From IMG/VR virus record IMGVR_UViG_2526164662_000025: 13,122 nt of DNA, one strand, 5' to 3'. The translations under genes and the position numbers were made by a program. Below the pieces are notes generated by a model that was not told the DNA's origin, did not search any database, and was given only the letters and a program-made list of their open reading frames with translations. This DNA is from a virus. Its lineage: Duplodnaviria > Heunggongvirae > Uroviricota > Caudoviricetes. This document shows positions 1 through 9,577 of this stretch, piece by piece; positions within the stretch are counted from its first letter, which is position 1, and the number at the start of each line of letters is the position of its first letter.

Positions 1-616
1 CTGCATTTATCCTTCGTGATATCGGACGTTGGCTGGTCATATTCATCCGCGACAGCCGGACCGCTATAACCGCACTCGTCACCGCGATAGGTCCAGGTGC
101 AGGTGTTGGCCAGCATGATACGTCCCGGAAAAACAGCGCCATCCGTTTCCGTCGGCGTGGACAGTACAAAGGAGGCACTCACCGCGCTCAGTTCGCTGCA
201 CTGCTCGATGCGCCAGCGGCTGATCACCTCCTGCTCCGGATCGGCGTCACTGTTTCCGTTGACGAAGTTCACCGCATCCAGAAAACGGGCGTAAACCTTA
301 CGCCGGACCACCGTTCCGCCGACCAGACTCTGCAGATCTTCCGCCATCCCGGTGACCATACCGTACAGGTTAGAAACCGTCAGCGTGGGGCGCGTACTGG
401 TGCCTTTGCCATTCAGTTCAAAACCGCTCCCCTGAATGGGATACGGCTGATACTGTCGCCCCTGCCAGGTGACCGGCTCACCTTTTTCGTTCTGCTCATT
501 ACAGAAAAATAACGTTCACCACCGACCTCTGTCAGATCGATTTCCCAGAGCACCACGCTGGCCGACTGCTCCGCACGGGTGCATTCATTCAGTGTTTCCT
601 GCCGGATATCCTGCAT
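1..616 (-). pseudogene. L: Minor tail protein L (lambda gpL-like), frameshifted and 3'-truncated by the window edge. The N-terminal 37 codons are in the frame starting at 616; the rest of the conserved protein is in a different frame, open from 506 to position 1.
   Basis: ORF 413..616 starts MQDIRQETLNECTRAEQSASVVLWEIDLTEVGGERYF, then runs into unrelated residues and a stop. My manual translation of the adjacent frame from 506 down to 1 gives FCNEQNEKGEPVTWQGRQYQPYPIQGSGFELNGKGTSTRPTLTVSNLYGMVTGMAEDLQSLVGGTVVRRKVYARFLDAVNFVNGNSDADPEQEVISRWRIEQCSELSAVSASFVLSTPTETDGAVFPGRIMLANTCTWTYRGDECGYSGPAVADEYDQPTSDITKDKC with no stop. The frames switch at an A5 run on the plus strand (505..509), which is T5 in the coding sense. 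Confidence 0.8.
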
Positions 617-945
617 CAGTTCACCACCTGTTTAAACTCTGCGCTGAACTCAACACGCAACATACTGACCTGCGACGACCATTTTGCGCAGGTCACCTTT
701 ATCTGCCTGTAACCATAAGGCGGCGTCCACAGAAAGGCCTTCCAGCCCCCGTGCTCAGCCAGAAACGACTCCAGCGCCGTGGCCTCCTCACGGGAGACAG
801 ACAGCGTCACGCTGTACGTTTTCAGGTCAGCGTTCAGCCCGGCATGCACACGCTGGGAATAGCCATCACCAAAGCGCACCTCCCTGACGGAAGGGGCCGA
901 TGTCACATCCATACCGGGTTTCACTTTCCAGCGGAAGGTTTTCAT
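616..945 (-). CDS. M: Minor tail protein M (lambda gpM-like), 109 aa
   Basis: Protein MKTFRWKVKPGMDV...SAEFKQVVN matches lambda gpM in length and sequence as I recall it. Its start overlaps the H stop as ATGA and its stop overlaps the L start as TGATG, typical translational coupling. Confidence 0.9.
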   Translation of the reverse strand: MKTFRWKVKPGMDVTSAPSVREVRFGDGYSQRVHAGLNADLKTYSVTLSVSREEATALESFLAEHGGWKAFLWTPPYGYRQIKVTCAKWSSQVSMLRVEFSAEFKQVVN

Positions 946-3503
946 CGTCCACCTCCGGAGAACAGGCCACCATCACGCATCTGTGTCTGAATTTCATCAC
1001 GGGCACCCTTGCGGGCCATGTCATACACCGCCTTCAGAGCAGCCGGACCTATCTGCCCGTTCGTGCCGTCGTTGTTAATCACCACATGGTTATTCTGCTC
1101 AAACGTCCCGGACGCCTGCGACCGGCTGTCAGCCAGACTGCCCGGTGTACCGACATAACCACCGGTGGCATAGCCGCGCATCAGCCGGTAGAGATTCCCC
1201 ACGCCAATCCGGCTGGTTGCCTCCTTCGTGAAGACAAATTCACCACGGTGAACAATCCCCGCTGGCTCATATTTGCCGCCGGTTCCCGTAAATCCTCCGG
1301 TTGCAAAATGGAATTTCGCCGCAGCGGCCTGAATGGCTGTACCGCCTGACGCGGATGCGCCGCCACCAACAGCCCCGCCAATGGCGCTGCCGATACTCCC
1401 GACAATCCCCACCATTGCCTGCTTAAGCAGAATTTCTGTCATCATGGACAGCACGGAACGGGTGAAGCTGCGCCAGTTCTGCTCACTGCCGGTCAGCATC
1501 GCTGCCATATTCTGTGCAATACCATCAAAGGTCTGCGTGGCTGCACTTTTTACCTGCGACATACTGTCCGTGGCGCTCTCTTCCCACTCACTCCAGCCGG
1601 ACTTCAGGCCTGCCATCCAGCTCCCGCGAAGCTGGTCTTCAGCCGCCCAGGTCTTTTTCTGCTCTGACATGACGTTATTCAGCGCCAGCGGATTATCGCC
1701 ATACTGTTCCTTCAGGCGCTGTTCCGTGGCTTCCCGTTCTGCCTGCCGGTCAGTCAGCCCCCGGCTTTTCGCATCAATGGCGGCCCGTTTTGCCCGTTGC
1801 TGCTGTGCGAATTTATCCGCCTGCTGCGCCAGCGCGTTCAGGCACTCCTGATACGTAACCTTGTCGCCAAGTGCAGCCAGCTGGCGTTTGTACTCCAGCG
1901 TCTCATCTTTATGCGCCAGCAGGGATTTCTCCTGTGCAGACAGCTGGCGACGTTGCGCCGCCTCCTCCAGTACCGCGAACTGACTCTCCGCCTTCCACAA
2001 ATCCCGGCGCTGCTGGCTGATTTTCTCATTTGCTCCGGCATGCTTCTCCAGCGTCCGGAGTTCTGCCTGAAGCGTCAGCAGGGCAGCATGAGCACTGTCT
2101 TCCTGACGATCGCCCGCAGACACCTTCACGCCGGACTGTTTCGGCTTTTTCAGCGTCGCTTCATAATCCTTTTTCGCCGCCGCCATCAGCGTGTTGTAAT
2201 CCGCCTGCAGGATTTTCCCGTCTTTCAGTGCCTTGTTCAGTTCTTCCTGACGGGCGGTATATTTCTCCAGCGGCGTCTGCAGCCGTTCGTAAGCCTTCTG
2301 CGCCTCTTCGGTATATTTCAGCCGTGACGCTTCGGTATCGCTCTGCTGCTGCGCATTTTTGTCCTGTTGAGTCTGCTGCTCAGCCTTCTTTCGGGCGGCT
2401 TCAAGCGCAAGACGGGCCTTTTCACGATCATCCCAGTAACGCGCCCGCGCTTCATCGTTAACAAAATAATCATCCTTGCGCAGATTCCAGATGTCGTCTG
2501 CTTTCTTAAACGCAGCCTCTGCCTTAATCAGCATCTCCTGCGCGGTATCAGGACGACCAATATCCAGCACCGCATCCCACATGGATTTGAATGCCCGTGC
2601 AGTCCTGTCTGCCCAGGTCTCCAGCGTGCCCATGTTCTCTTTCAGGCGGCGGGTCTGCTCATCAAAGCCTTTCGTGGCGATATCGTTCGCCGCCTGTAAG
2701 GCCCCGGCCTCATCACCGGAACGCTGCAGCTGCGCAACATACGCAATCTGCTCTGCCGTCACGTTACGGAACTGGCGCGCCATCGCAATCAGCCCCGACG
2801 TAGGGTCGGTGGTCAGTTTTCCGAAAGCCTCTGCAACCTTGTCCACCTCCACACCGGATGCAGAAGCAAAACGCGCGACACTCTGGTTGATGGCATCAAA
2901 CTGTTCACCACCACGCACACCGGCATTCACCAGGGCTGCCAGTGACTCACTCGCCTGGTTAAACGTCAGCCCTGCGGCCTGTCCGGCTCTGGAGAGCGTC
3001 AACATGCGATCGGCAGTCAGTCCGGACTGATTACCGGAAAGAACCAGGGTTTTATTAAACGCTGAAAGCGTGGAATCTCCCTGGTACCAGGCGTACGCCA
3101 GCGCACCTGTCGCCACCGCCAGCGAGGTGACCCCGACCATCGGCAGGGTGATCGCACCGGCAAGCCCCCTGAGCATGGGGATCATCCCGCCGAAGGAGTC
3201 CTTCACCTGACCGCCCTGTTGCAGCAGGATCAGCCAGGGATTCTGACCACCGGCAAGCTGCGTGGCGATATCCGTAAACTGTGCGGGCAGGGTGCGCATG
3301 GCCGCTTTATACTGTCCGACGGAAATCCCGGCTTTTTGCGCAGCCAGCGCCTGACGGCTCAGGCCCTGTTCAACAGCAGTGGCGGTTTTTCTGGCGTCAG
3401 TATCCAGTCCTGAAAAATGACGCCTTACCCGGCTCATCTGCTCATCGAAACGGACCGCATCCAGACTCAGGTCAATAATAAGATCACCAACCGGCTGGGA
3501 CAT
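942..3503 (-). CDS. H: Tail tape measure protein (lambda gpH-like), 853 aa
   Basis: 853-aa ORF, the length I recall for lambda gpH. It has the N-terminal MSQPVGDLIIDLSLDAVRFDEQ motif, a long charged coiled-coil-like central region (AEQQTQQDKNAQQQSDTEASRLKYTEEAQKAYERL...) and a Gly-rich C-terminal segment. It lies between G-T and M. Confidence 0.95.
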   Translation of the reverse strand: MSQPVGDLIIDLSLDAVRFDEQMSRVRRHFSGLDTDARKTATAVEQGLSRQALAAQKAGISVGQYKAAMRTLPAQFTDIATQLAGGQNPWLILLQQGGQVKDSFGGMIPMLRGLAGAITLPMVGVTSLAVATGALAYAWYQGDSTLSAFNKTLVLSGNQSGLTADRMLTLSRAGQAAGLTFNQASESLAALVNAGVRGGEQFDAINQSVARFASASGVEVDKVAEAFGKLTTDPTSGLIAMARQFRNVTAEQIAYVAQLQRSGDEAGALQAANDIATKGFDEQTRRLKENMGTLETWADRTARAFKSMWDAVLDIGRPDTAQEMLIKAEAAFKKADDIWNLRKDDYFVNDEARARYWDDREKARLALEAARKKAEQQTQQDKNAQQQSDTEASRLKYTEEAQKAYERLQTPLEKYTARQEELNKALKDGKILQADYNTLMAAAKKDYEATLKKPKQSGVKVSAGDRQEDSAHAALLTLQAELRTLEKHAGANEKISQQRRDLWKAESQFAVLEEAAQRRQLSAQEKSLLAHKDETLEYKRQLAALGDKVTYQECLNALAQQADKFAQQQRAKRAAIDAKSRGLTDRQAEREATEQRLKEQYGDNPLALNNVMSEQKKTWAAEDQLRGSWMAGLKSGWSEWEESATDSMSQVKSAATQTFDGIAQNMAAMLTGSEQNWRSFTRSVLSMMTEILLKQAMVGIVGSIGSAIGGAVGGGASASGGTAIQAAAAKFHFATGGFTGTGGKYEPAGIVHRGEFVFTKEATSRIGVGNLYRLMRGYATGGYVGTPGSLADSRSQASGTFEQNNHVVINNDGTNGQIGPAALKAVYDMARKGARDEIQTQMRDGGLFSGGGR

Positions 3504-3948
3504 ATCTCACACCTCCTGGAATCCCCGCTGAAGCCATCATTAATGCGGCATCATCCACCATGACATCCGCCACATCCGCAGACGATAAAATATCGCCCCC
3601 TCCGTCCCCACCGAACCGGACGCCTCCGGCAAGTCCTGCCGCTTTCTGCATCAGCATTTTGTCCTCATCCGGCCTCTCCACCTGCTCTTCCTCATGCCGG
3701 GGGACAAGCAGACTGAAATCAGAGGGATGCATATCCGGATCGCAAAAAAACAGGCTGAGTACAGCGTACATCAGCCCGGAAAAATGCATATCCAGTTGGG
3801 TATCCTGAAAATAATGCGTGCGGTAAAAATGTCGCCAGTCGGCATATTCGGTGGATGTCATCCCGGCAAGCATGGCGCGCCAGTCAGGCCTCCCCATCTC
3901 TCGCGCCAGTCTGAGGGCAAAATTCAGCTCGCCGTCGAAGACTTTCCC
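3484..3948 (-). CDS. T: T segment of the G-T tail assembly chaperone fusion, reached by -1 programmed ribosomal frameshifting from G. The full G-T product spans 3484..4355.
   Basis: The -1 frame relative to G is open from the slippery site to a stop at 3484 and encodes ...VFDGELNFALRLAREMGRPDWRAMLAGMTSTEYADWRHFYRTHYFQDTQLDMHFSGLMYAVLSLFFCDPDMHPSDF... (ORF 3484..3897 in the track is its M-initiated part). This is the arrangement known for lambda G and G-T. Confidence 0.8.
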   Translation of the reverse strand, partial: GKVFDGELNFALRLAREMGRPDWRAMLAGMTSTEYADWRHFYRTHYFQDTQLDMHFSGLMYAVLSLFFCDPDMHPSDFSLLVPRHEEEQVERPDEDKMLMQKAAGLAGGVRFGGDGGGDILSSADVADVMVDDAALMMASAGIPGGVRYVPAGW

Positions 3949-4355
3949 GCAGAAAAATCATCATCAGTAAGCGCGTTATTTTTCGCCACTTCGGTGATAT
4001 CCGTATCCACATGAACAGCCCCGCTCATCCCGGACAGACGCAACACCACGTCTTCCGCCCGGGCAATGGCATCAGCAGGCCAGGTGGTGAGCACCTCCTG
4101 TTCGATCTGCATCACAGCCTCATTCATTGATGGTGACTCCGTTTTCTGTGGATGGTTATGCCACAGGGACATCGCCACCAGAAACGCGCCGGTTCTGACA
4201 AGGTCTTCCACGCTCACCTGCAGGTTACCGCTGGCTTCAGCCTGTTCTGCCCGTCGTTTCAGCAGGGCAAGATGCTCGATACGCTGCAGCGCAGACAGCT
4301 CGGAAAGCGTGACGGACACACCGTTATATTCAAATTGTTCGGTTTTCAGAAACAT
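3924..4355 (-). CDS. G: Tail assembly chaperone G (lambda gpG-like), 143 aa
   Basis: Protein MFLKTEQFEYNGVSVTLSELSALQRIEHLALLKRRAEQ... matches lambda gpG. An AGGAGG-like RBS (aaacGGAGGtaatATG on the minus strand) precedes the start, and the gene sits directly downstream of V. Confidence 0.9.
   Translation of the reverse strand: MFLKTEQFEYNGVSVTLSELSALQRIEHLALLKRRAEQAEASGNLQVSVEDLVRTGAFLVAMSLWHNHPQKTESPSMNEAVMQIEQEVLTTWPADAIARAEDVVLRLSGMSGAVHVDTDITEVAKNNALTDDDFSAGKSSTAS
3942..3948 (-). promoter_or_regulatory. -1 programmed frameshift slippery heptamer G GGA AAG, the G to G-T shift site
   Basis: Plus strand reads CTTTCCC at 3942..3948, so the minus strand reads GCG GGA AAG TCT in the G frame, 9 codons before the G stop. 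This is the same heptamer and position as the known lambda G/G-T frameshift site. Confidence 0.8.
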
Positions 4356-4368
4356 GTATTACCTCCGT

Positions 4369-5121
4369 TTACCCTGCAGCGCCCGCTTCAGTAACGGTGA
4401 CTTCAGCTACCGTGGCAAACTGACCATTACCGGAAATCACGGGGATACTCACTTTTCCAGCCTTAACCCCCGTCACAGTGATCGCCATATCTTTCACAGC
4501 AATGGTTCCCGTTGACGGATCGGCGGAAACCGCTCTGAACGTTTTGTCGGTTGCACTTTCCGGCTCAAAAGAAACCGTCAGGGTTGTTGTTTTCCCTTTT
4601 GCCACCGTACCAGATGTCGGCGTCACCTTAATCGCAGTGACCGGCGTAATTTCGCTGCGTTCTTCCGCCACAGAAGGTTTACCCACGTTGGTCACTTTCA
4701 CCGTACGGGTGATCACTTCCTTCGCCGTTACGGCCTTACCGATACTGCTGACCCAGCCACGGAACACATCCACCGTGCCGTTCGGGAAACGGATTTTATA
4801 GGCCCGCACATCCCCGCTTTCAAACCAGCCTATAAGCCCTTTCTGACCTTCTTCTCCCGGTTTCCAGGCCAGCGTAAAACTGGTATCTCCTGCAGACTTC
4901 TGCCCCTGCCCGGTCGCAGTCCAGTCCGCGTCTTCATCATCCAGGTAGTTATCATCGTAGGGTTCTGCCGTCATCTCGCCCGGCGTCAGATCCTTTACCT
5001 GTGCCAGTCGCTGCCAGTTATCGTCTGACAACGGGTTTGCATAGGCATCACCCTGACCGTTATAAACCCACAGGGTGGTACCGGCACCTTTTACCGGTGC
5101 CAGAGGATTTGGTGTTGGCAT
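4369..5121 (-). CDS. V: Major tail tube protein V (lambda gpV-like), 250 aa
   Basis: Protein [57 protein letters not shown]...[41 protein letters not shown]... closely matches lambda gpV, including the C-terminal Ig-like region ([28 protein letters not shown]). Confidence 0.95.
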   Translation of the reverse strand: MPTPNPLAPVKGAGTTLWVYNGQGDAYANPLSDDNWQRLAQVKDLTPGEMTAEPYDDNYLDDEDADWTATGQGQKSAGDTSFTLAWKPGEEGQKGLIGWFESGDVRAYKIRFPNGTVDVFRGWVSSIGKAVTAKEVITRTVKVTNVGKPSVAEERSEITPVTAIKVTPTSGTVAKGKTTTLTVSFEPESATDKTFRAVSADPSTGTIAVKDMAITVTGVKAGKVSIPVISGNGQFATVAEVTVTEAGAAG

Positions 5122-5128
5122 ATCGTCC

Positions 5129-6467
<1,339 letters not shown>

Positions 6468-6470
6468 GCC
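6468..6470. repeat. Right copy of the 3-bp target site duplication (GCC)
   Basis: Identical to 5207..5209. On the minus strand it encodes Gly106 of U, the codon at which the IS is inserted. Confidence 0.75.
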
Positions 6471-6785
6471 CTGCGTAACCATCGTGGTAATCAGGCCTGA
6501 CAGTGCCGGGATCGCACTCATCGCCGGATAAATCCGGCTTTCCATCCACGAATCCAGCTCTGAATCCGGCACCTGAGCAGGCAGGAAAACTTCAATATGC
6601 AGCTCCGCCTGCCAGGTATCGCTGTCCAGCGCTTCGCCCGTGTATTCAGCGCCGGTGAGATAAACAGCAATTGCCGGAAAATCCGCCTCATCAAAAACAG
6701 CGGGGCGACCATCAAACAGCGTCGCCCCGTGTTCATGCTGCTCGAGTGCATCCAGCACTGCAGCACGGATATCAGTATGTTTCAT
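6468..6785 (-). pseudogene. U: 5' fragment of tail terminator gene U (codons 1-106), disrupted by the IS insertion. As it stands it would give a 118-aa chimera ending in 12 IS-encoded residues.
   Basis: MKHTDIRAAVLDALEQHEHGATLFDGRPAVFDEADFPAIAVYLTGAEYTGEALDSDTWQAELHIEVFLPAQVPDSELDSWMESRIYPAMSAIPALSGLITTMVTQG matches lambda gpU. After Gly106 the reading frame enters the IS right end ([12 protein letters not shown], stop at 6429). Confidence 0.9.
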
Positions 6786-7357
6786 CGCTTTATCACAATC
6801 CTTAGTTGTTGTTTCAACGCATAGCCCAGTTCTTTTGGCAGACGTTCTCGCCGGATACGGTTAACGTTCTCATCAAAAGCCTGCTTCAGTGGGGCCGCCA
6901 TCGGAATTTTAACCACCTGAATGGGAAGACGATTACGCTTTTTCCTTCCTTTATCGTCATTGCCCTTCGCATACCGGGCTTCTGGCAAACGTTGCATAAC
7001 ATGCCAGCGCCCATTATTTAATCGCTGGATGAATGCCCGCTGATAACGATGCTGACCGGCTTTAAGTATGCTGTTCGGACGATGACCAAGCATCCTGATC
7101 CCCAGCTTAATAGCAGGGAGATCACCGCGGTTAACGATAATTCTGGCATTCGGATTTCTGACCGTCGCCCGTTTCAGTCTGGACCGTTCCTTTACCAGTT
7201 TCCGGCTCACCCTGGTCTCCCGGGCAACCTGTGATGAAGACTGATTAATCGCCGTTGTAGCCACGCGGTTAATAGCCATTGCTGAAGCCGACGGAATGGC
7301 GTTTTTACGAACCCGGCTCAGATTTTCAATCGCCTGATCAAGCCCTTTTATCGCCAT
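6782..7357 (-). CDS. Z: Tail completion protein Z (lambda gpZ-like), 191 aa
   Basis: MAIKGLDQAIENLSRVRKNAIPSASAMAINRVATTAINQSSSQVARETRVSRKLVKERSRLKRAT...RIRRERLPKELGYALKQQLRIVIKR matches lambda gpZ. Its stop overlaps the U start as ATGA. Confidence 0.9.
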   Translation of the reverse strand: MAIKGLDQAIENLSRVRKNAIPSASAMAINRVATTAINQSSSQVARETRVSRKLVKERSRLKRATVRNPNARIIVNRGDLPAIKLGIRMLGHRPNSILKAGQHRYQRAFIQRLNNGRWHVMQRLPEARYAKGNDDKGRKKRNRLPIQVVKIPMAAPLKQAFDENVNRIRRERLPKELGYALKQQLRIVIKR

Positions 7358-7371
7358 AATTCACCCTGCGT

Positions 7372-7725
7372 TTATCGTCGCCGGTTAACTGCGGGTGGTT
7401 GCCCACGGTTCAGCCAGAGATAACAACTGCCCCCGTCATCCGGAGAAACACGATCCACCCAGAACGTCTCACCATTAATGGTCAACGTGTCACCACGCCG
7501 CACGGCACGAACCGTATCCGTCCGCACAAATAATGACGGGCTGCTTCCTTCAATACGGATCCCACTACTGGCAAACCCCAGCGACTCCGGATCGTCAAAA
7601 ACCCCCTGAACTTCGCCGCCACGCTGTGCACCGGAGGTGAACTGCGCACTGATGCCCATCACTTCAACAATCGTACTGTCCACCCCGGCAAGGGCGGCAT
7701 CAAAGGCATTCTGAAAATCACGCAT
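7372..7725 (-). CDS. FII: Head-tail joining protein FII (lambda gpFII-like), about 117 aa
   Basis: MRDFQNAFDAALAGVDSTIVEVMGISAQFTSGAQRGGEVQGVFDDPESLGFASSGIRIEGSSPSLFVRTDTVRAVRRGDTLTINGETFWVDRVSPDDGGSCYLWLNRGQPPAVNRRR matches lambda gpFII. I chose the ATG at 7725 because it gives the lambda-like N-terminus; the track's upstream start at 7761 would overlap FI by 44 nt. Confidence 0.85.
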   Translation of the reverse strand: MRDFQNAFDAALAGVDSTIVEVMGISAQFTSGAQRGGEVQGVFDDPESLGFASSGIRIEGSSPSLFVRTDTVRAVRRGDTLTINGETFWVDRVSPDDGGSCYLWLNRGQPPAVNRRR

Positions 7726-8092
7726 AAACAGCCATTCCACCATCAACGTGTGTTTTTGCATCTGAGGACATAATCAGAATCACCCGACCAACATCCGCAA
7801 GCTCAACGGATTCCCCCGTTTCACCATCAACGCCACAGAGATGGAGGCAGGTCAGAACTCTGATGCGCGTTAACGCGCCGGATGTTTCCTCACGAACATC
7901 ATGAGCCGCGTTTTCCCTCTCCCGGATATCCATATTCATAACCTGTACATCATCGCCGGATGACTGCATTTCCTCTTCCCATTCTGCCACCCGCTGCGCT
8001 ATCTCTGCGGCACTCCCGGATATATCCGGCTCACGCCCCAGAATCAGGGCCAGTTCATCAAGCCGTTTCAGATTTTGCTCTTTCGTTGCCAT
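7718..8092 (-). CDS. FI: DNA packaging / head assembly protein FI (lambda gpFI-like), about 124 aa
   Basis: Sits between E and FII as in lambda and is acidic with a flexible-looking central region. The start at 8092 (MATKEQNLKRLDELALILG...) has a strong RBS (cacAGGGGGAtgatATG); the track's upstream start at 8140 has none and would overlap the terminator-like hairpin. Sequence similarity to lambda FI is weaker than for neighbouring genes. Confidence 0.75.
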   Translation of the reverse strand: MATKEQNLKRLDELALILGREPDISGSAAEIAQRVAEWEEEMQSSGDDVQVMNMDIRERENAAHDVREETSGALTRIRVLTCLHLCGVDGETGESVELADVGRVILIMSSDAKTHVDGGMAVYA

Positions 8093-8106
8093 ATCATCCC
8101 CCTGTG

Positions 8107-8135
8107 AAAAAAGACACGGGGGCATTTCGCCCCCG
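8107..8135 (-). terminator. Intrinsic-terminator-like hairpin plus U-tract between E and FI (possible attenuator)
   Basis: Minus-strand RNA after the E stop would read CGGGGGC-GAAAU-GCCCCCG (7-bp all-GC stem) then UGUC UUUUUU, followed immediately by the FI Shine-Dalgarno. Confidence 0.4.
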
Positions 8136-8143
8136 CTCACGGA

Positions 8144-9172
8144 TTATTTCACCTGTACCACCACAAACTCATCCGGGTCCGGCAACACCATCAGCGGCGC
8201 GGACTGCGTCATGGTAAATTCACGGGCGGGATCCCCTACCGTCAGCCAGTGTTTCGGATAACGGGAAGAGGCCACCACACCTTCGGACAACGCCTGCGCA
8301 TCCTGAATGGCACCATAGCAACGAATGCCCTCTGCTGCCGTATTCCCCAGGACCAGCGAGCCCTCAGGCAGATAACGTTTTTCGGTACCGTCCTCTGCCA
8401 CATAAGACGTTTTTGCCACCACAATGGCCAGATCGCCGTAATACCCTTTGAAGGACACCACCGCGCCCAGGTCTTTCACCGCTGTTTCGAGTTGCGAATT
8501 AGAGCCGCGACGGGTATCCAGTTTTTCGCGGAACAATTTAAAGCCATTCAGCAGACGCCAGACGGTACCGTCCATAATGGCAATATTCACAAGACCGCTG
8601 GCCTGGTCGCAGTAGAGGTCAAGATCATGTGTAGGATCGAACGTGTCACGATCCTGTTTTGACCACTCCTTACCACTACCCTGAGTGATGTTATTCTTCG
8701 TCGACCTGCCAAAATCGACCTCAATTTTCTCGAACTGGTCTCCTTCCATCGTGTATTTGCCATACAGCACGGCATTCACCGCCTGCATTTCTTCCACCCG
8801 GACAATGGCGTGCTCTTCCTGTTTGAGGTTATCAGTGATGATACGCAGACGACGGTAGGCCGGGTCGTTCAGCTGAGCCGGATCTTCACCGGGAAGACGC
8901 TCAACCGCCTGCTGGTAATTAAATTCGTGTTTCGGCTTGACGTAGCCCGGACGTAACACGCGGGTTTCACCACCACGATGACGCAGCACTTTTCCTTCAA
9001 CAACCGGGGAAACATAGGCCGCCACCGGCGTTTTTCCGGTAATTTTGTCCAGCATCACCTCTTCGGTATGGAAATTCACCGTACGGCGGAAAAACAGCTC
9101 CAGAAACAGCGCACGAAATTTCACTTTTTGTTCGGTATAACCGAGTAACTGGCGGGTCGTAAACAATCCCAT
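8144..9172 (-). CDS. E: Major capsid protein E (lambda gpE-like), 342 aa
   Basis: MGLFTTRQLLGYTEQKVKFRALFLELFFRR...PGYVKPKHEFNYQ...VEEMQAVNAVLYGKYTMEGD...KLDTRRGSNSQLETAVKDLG...DPAREFTMTQSAPLMVLPDPDEFVVVQVK aligns along its whole length with lambda gpE (341 aa). RBS gAAAGGAActgatttATG. Confidence 0.95.
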   Translation of the reverse strand: MGLFTTRQLLGYTEQKVKFRALFLELFFRRTVNFHTEEVMLDKITGKTPVAAYVSPVVEGKVLRHRGGETRVLRPGYVKPKHEFNYQQAVERLPGEDPAQLNDPAYRRLRIITDNLKQEEHAIVRVEEMQAVNAVLYGKYTMEGDQFEKIEVDFGRSTKNNITQGSGKEWSKQDRDTFDPTHDLDLYCDQASGLVNIAIMDGTVWRLLNGFKLFREKLDTRRGSNSQLETAVKDLGAVVSFKGYYGDLAIVVAKTSYVAEDGTEKRYLPEGSLVLGNTAAEGIRCYGAIQDAQALSEGVVASSRYPKHWLTVGDPAREFTMTQSAPLMVLPDPDEFVVVQVK

Positions 9173-9200
9173 AAATCAGTTCCTTTCATTCAGAAATCAG

Positions 9201-9222
9201 TCAGGCCACCGCGGTGGCCTGA
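9201..9222. repeat. 22-bp perfect palindrome (TCAGGCCACCG|CGGTGGCCTGA) in the D-E intergenic region; potential RNA hairpin or protein-binding site
   Basis: Perfect dyad symmetry read directly from the sequence. It lies 8 nt after the D stop and about 28 nt before the E start; no canonical U-tract follows on the transcribed strand. Confidence 0.5.
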
Positions 9223-9229
9223 TAACGTG

Positions 9230-9577
9230 TTACGGCAGCGCCGCGTGACTCAGGGCACTGCCGGCAAAGGCGTTGGCCTTTTTGTGTTCATCCACACTTT
9301 CAGGCCAGCGGATTGCCTCCGTCGCAAAGGTCCCCGACTTGTAATAGGTCAGCGCCGTCTCTGTGCCTTCAAGCGGCAGTACCAGTATGCCAACCGCACT
9401 ACCGGCTTTCTGTCCGTCCCAGACCACCAGTTTCCCGGTGGCCTCATCCAGCATCAGGGGCGTCAGTGCCGGTGTTGCCGAGGAAATCCCGCTGCTGCCT
9501 GTGGCGGTATGAGCCGGATCATTACCGGCAAAAATACGTACTTCCGCACGCTGTTCAGTGATAGTTTTCGTCACCAT
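9230..9577 (-). CDS. D: Head decoration protein D (lambda gpD-like), 115 aa
   Basis: Shares motifs with lambda gpD (DPAHTAT, TPLMLD, WDG, AVGIL, YKSGTF, AFAG) and has similar length and position. Strong RBS (caacAGGAGGtttttacaatATG). Confidence 0.9.
   Translation of the reverse strand: MVTKTITEQRAEVRIFAGNDPAHTATGSSGISSATPALTPLMLDEATGKLVVWDGQKAGSAVGILVLPLEGTETALTYYKSGTFATEAIRWPESVDEHKKANAFAGSALSHAALP

Noticed and set aside
469-3030. Series of long plus-strand ORFs (469..990, 900..1349, 1333..1851, 1797..2327, 2030..2461, 2476..3030, 2367..2699)
   Set aside because: They are antisense to the L, M and H genes, which have strong lambda homology. Their products are low-complexity (Arg/Pro/Ser/Ala-rich), and they lack RBSs. 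These are typical shadow ORFs of GC-rich coding sequence.
7718-8140. Longer N-terminal extensions of FI (start 8140) and FII (start 7761) as given in the ORF track
   Set aside because: The upstream ATGs lack RBSs and would run through the E-FI hairpin or deep into FI. The internal ATGs at 8092 (strong GGGGGA SD) and 7725 give lambda-like N-termini.
8249-8662. Plus-strand ORF of 137 aa, and the similar antisense ORFs 9227..9598, 9313..9561, 10529..11008, 10657..11082, 11715..12035 and 12096..12872
   Set aside because: All are antisense to E, D, C or B, with no independent coding signal, and their compositions are dominated by Arg, Cys and His from reverse-complemented codons.
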